From assembly GCA_010405405.1 (NCBI GenBank), contig MU004236.1, positions 124,001 to 188,000 of the forward strand: 64,000 bases of DNA, given 5' to 3'. This document shows, piece after piece, positions 61,801 through 64,000 of the stretch. The translations under genes and the position numbers were made by a program. The stretch comes from Microthyrium microscopicum (Eukaryota). The stretch's first letter is position 1. Each line of letters starts with the position of its first letter. Below the pieces are notes generated by a model. It made no database searches. It was not told the DNA's origin and was given only the letters and a program-made list of their open reading frames with translations.

Positions 61801-62871
61801 TTAAGGGATTTCTGATAGTACGATATCTCCAGGTTGGGATTTGACTTTGAATGTCAGGCCGGTTTGACGCTCTTCTGCCCACTTTCTAACATCTTCATAG
61901 TTCTTGCACTTGTGCTTTGTGTTGAAGTCTACCCAAGCGCCTACATCTTTGACCCAGTATTGACCAAAAATGCTTGTATCGGCTGTACACATTAACTGTT
62001 GGCGAAGAATATCTAAGCAGTGACCTGTTGCACCGCGGTTAATGGATTTGGTTGTATAAGCAGATTGAATTAGAACATGCCTGCGTGCTGAATGATAACA
62101 GGTTCATCGTTCGCGAAAGGTCCAAGTCCTTGCTTTTGATAGTATCGATAGTTCCAGAACGATGTTTGGCGTAGTAAATTCTACACTTTTAGCAACCTTA
62201 ACGTATAATGGCGAAGGGGTTCGCTCACCAGACAGTGCATATGATGCATTGCTTCAACATAACCGACAAACCCTCCTCCAGCCGATTGCTCCAACTTCAC
62301 TTGACCTTTGTGGAGTCCAAACTTCGGTCCTTCTTTTGCAGGAATTGAAACGGGCCGTACTATTAAGTTGTAACTTAGTGCCTCAATACTAGGAAGTTGA
62401 TCATAGCGATGGCTCACTTACAGTCAACTCCGAGTGCAATCCATGCTTTATCAACATCGTACCCACTGCCGGCCAGTTGTCGATATATCGTCGGTTTTGA
62501 AAAACTGCCATTGAAAGGTACGGTATTGTAGCTAACACCAATGTCCTGAAAGATTGGTGAGTCTATACGACTGTCAGCATTGTCAACCCTGGGTTCACTA
62601 TGTGGAGAAACGAACCATACTGTTCCGTATACCGGCTACAGACACGATCTAGATCATGATGAATGGTGAATCCGAAAATAAATATCACGTTTCCAATCAG
62701 TGAGGCTGCAAATGTTGTGTATATGACTGCCAACAGTACTCTTTTTCTTTGCTCCGCCTTGCAAATGTTCTGACCTATATCAATGTCATCTTGAAGCAAA
62801 TTGGCTTGAGACGAGCTTGCATGAAGTGTCTCTTCGCCATGGTAGCTGATATTCAATACATGATAGTCCAT
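61801..62871 (-). CDS. DUF3328 / UstYa-family oxidase
   Basis: Five exons: 62871-62616, 62562-62422, 62359-62229, 62180-62081 and 62024-61801. N-terminal transmembrane helix, VDKAW, two HxxHC motifs (HHMHCL and HAGHCLDILRQQLMCTAD), C-terminal DFNTKHKCKNYEDVRKWA. Confidence 0.92.
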
Positions 62872-63647
62872 GATGCTTTCTACAGTGCGACAGAAGTTCC
62901 AGCTCCAGGAGTATTGAAGGTGCAAAAAGCCCAGATAGAGCCGACTTAGACGACTATTTGAGAAATTTGTAAAACAGCTTCACTCGGAAACCAGAGTAGA
63001 ATGTTGGGGAGATCTGTAGGTAGGACGAGGTACAAACGCTTGTCGAAGCAGTCCTAGAGAGATTCCTAGCATTACAATCTGCTTTCTAAGACAATTGTTC
63101 AGGCATTGATACGCGACACTATCTGAGTAGATCCAGCTTGTCTATATTGAGCTGTTCCTACTAATCTGCCAGGTCTCGCCCCTTTACTTTTATCTGATCT
63201 GTGCCCATATCGCCGAGTGATATATGTGACATTCGGTTGCATTGAAATCCTTTCGCACCAATTTAGGTAGATAGAATATACTATTTTGGGATTGACTGAT
63301 TCATGCCAATAGCCGACGTGGGTAGCCTGTTGGTGAAACACTTCAACGTTGCGCTCCTGTGGAATCTAGGGAATATCATGGCTCCTTCTGACGCAAAAGA
63401 CTTGCCTGATCAAGAAGGAGTTAGTTCAAGAGCGGCGATGCATGAGCGGCGAAGGTTTGGGATCTGTCCGAGGCACCGAAACAGTGCAGTCCTTCATGGA
63501 GTCGATTTGTGAGTTGGCCTTGCGTCTCTGTCGTCTTTATAATGAGCTCATCAGGTCGTCAAGCCATTCAACAATCCAATTTTCTATCATTTTCAGCACC
63601 AAACCATAATTGTCATCCTTACCAAACAACCAGACCATTTCTTGATC

Positions 63648-63872
63648 ATGTTGAGCCTCGTATTCTTGGGCCTCTTTGCTGCCGGAGCTGTGTTTGGAGC
63701 TGCGATACCAAAGGAAGCCGGTGTAAGACTCCATTGCATATTTTTTTCCCTACCGGATCCAATAATCGTAGCAGAACTGACAAATTCTCTCGTACAGGTT
63801 GGTGAACCCATTCAATTTTATGGACAGTACAGTCAATACTCTGGCTATGTACCAACAGTGAAGGCAGAATAG
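63648..63872 (+). CDS. 49-aa secreted Tyr-rich peptide, candidate RiPP precursor
   Basis: ATG in catcATG-like context (gatcATG). Exon 63648-63722, intron 63723-63797 (GTAAGA...CTGAC...CAG), exon 63798-63872. Product MLSLVFLGLFAAGAVFGAAIPKEAGVGEPIQFYGQYSQYSGYVPTVKAE. Confidence 0.7.
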   Translation: MLSLVFLGLFAAGAVFGAAIPKEAGVRLHCIFFSLPDPIIVAELTNSLVQVGEPIQFYGQYSQYSGYVPTVKAE

Positions 63873-64000
63873 CTAGAGGTGGAGGCGGCTGTCTTCAACT
63901 AAACCAGGCTGGACAGTACTAGATGTTCATAGCATAGCATAGCAGTTTATGATCCATGAGCCATTCAAATTCACTGTGTCGTGTGCTATTTAAATAAGTA

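Noticed and set aside
1..64000. tRNA, rRNA or CRISPR arrays
   Set aside because: None recognised by eye in this eukaryotic sequence; a tRNAscan-SE or Infernal run would be needed to exclude small RNA genes.

Overview
Intron-containing genomic DNA from a filamentous ascomycete (Pezizomycotina): short GT-AG introns with CTAAC-type branch points, plus a strongly RIP-like mutated repeat block. There are three parts. (1) 1-25.3 kb is gene-dense: Frt1-like sugar porter (partial), DPH1, a beta-lactamase/LovD-like hydrolase, an ORF interrupted by an in-frame TGA, an RBR-type ligase lacking the catalytic Cys, an MFS transporter, a Bor1-like transporter, VPS39, GON7, a HbrB/Bit61-like gene and an old yellow enzyme. 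A 199-bp TA-flanked MITE lies upstream of DPH1. (2) 25.3-43.5 kb is an AT-rich, stop-riddled block that resolves into three nested transposons: a piggyBac element, containing a minus-strand Ty3/gypsy element (223-bp LTRs, TSD AAAGC), containing a plus-strand Ty3/gypsy element (162-bp LTRs, TSD TTAGG). (3) 43.5-64 kb holds an AT-hook/SREBP-type bHLH factor, a bromodomain protein, a GH114 enzyme, an SDR, a beta-hydroxyacid dehydrogenase, a secreted aspartic protease fused through a ~600-aa Ser/Thr stalk to two hevein (CBM18) domains, and a LAT amino-acid permease. At the right end, a DUF3328/UstYa oxidase is paired head-to-head with a 49-aa secreted Tyr-periodic peptide (FYGQYSQYSGY). That pair is the best candidate for a new system: a fungal RiPP (dikaritin-like) locus with a single-core precursor lacking Kex2 repeats. 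All family assignments come from motif recognition by eye; no database searches were run.
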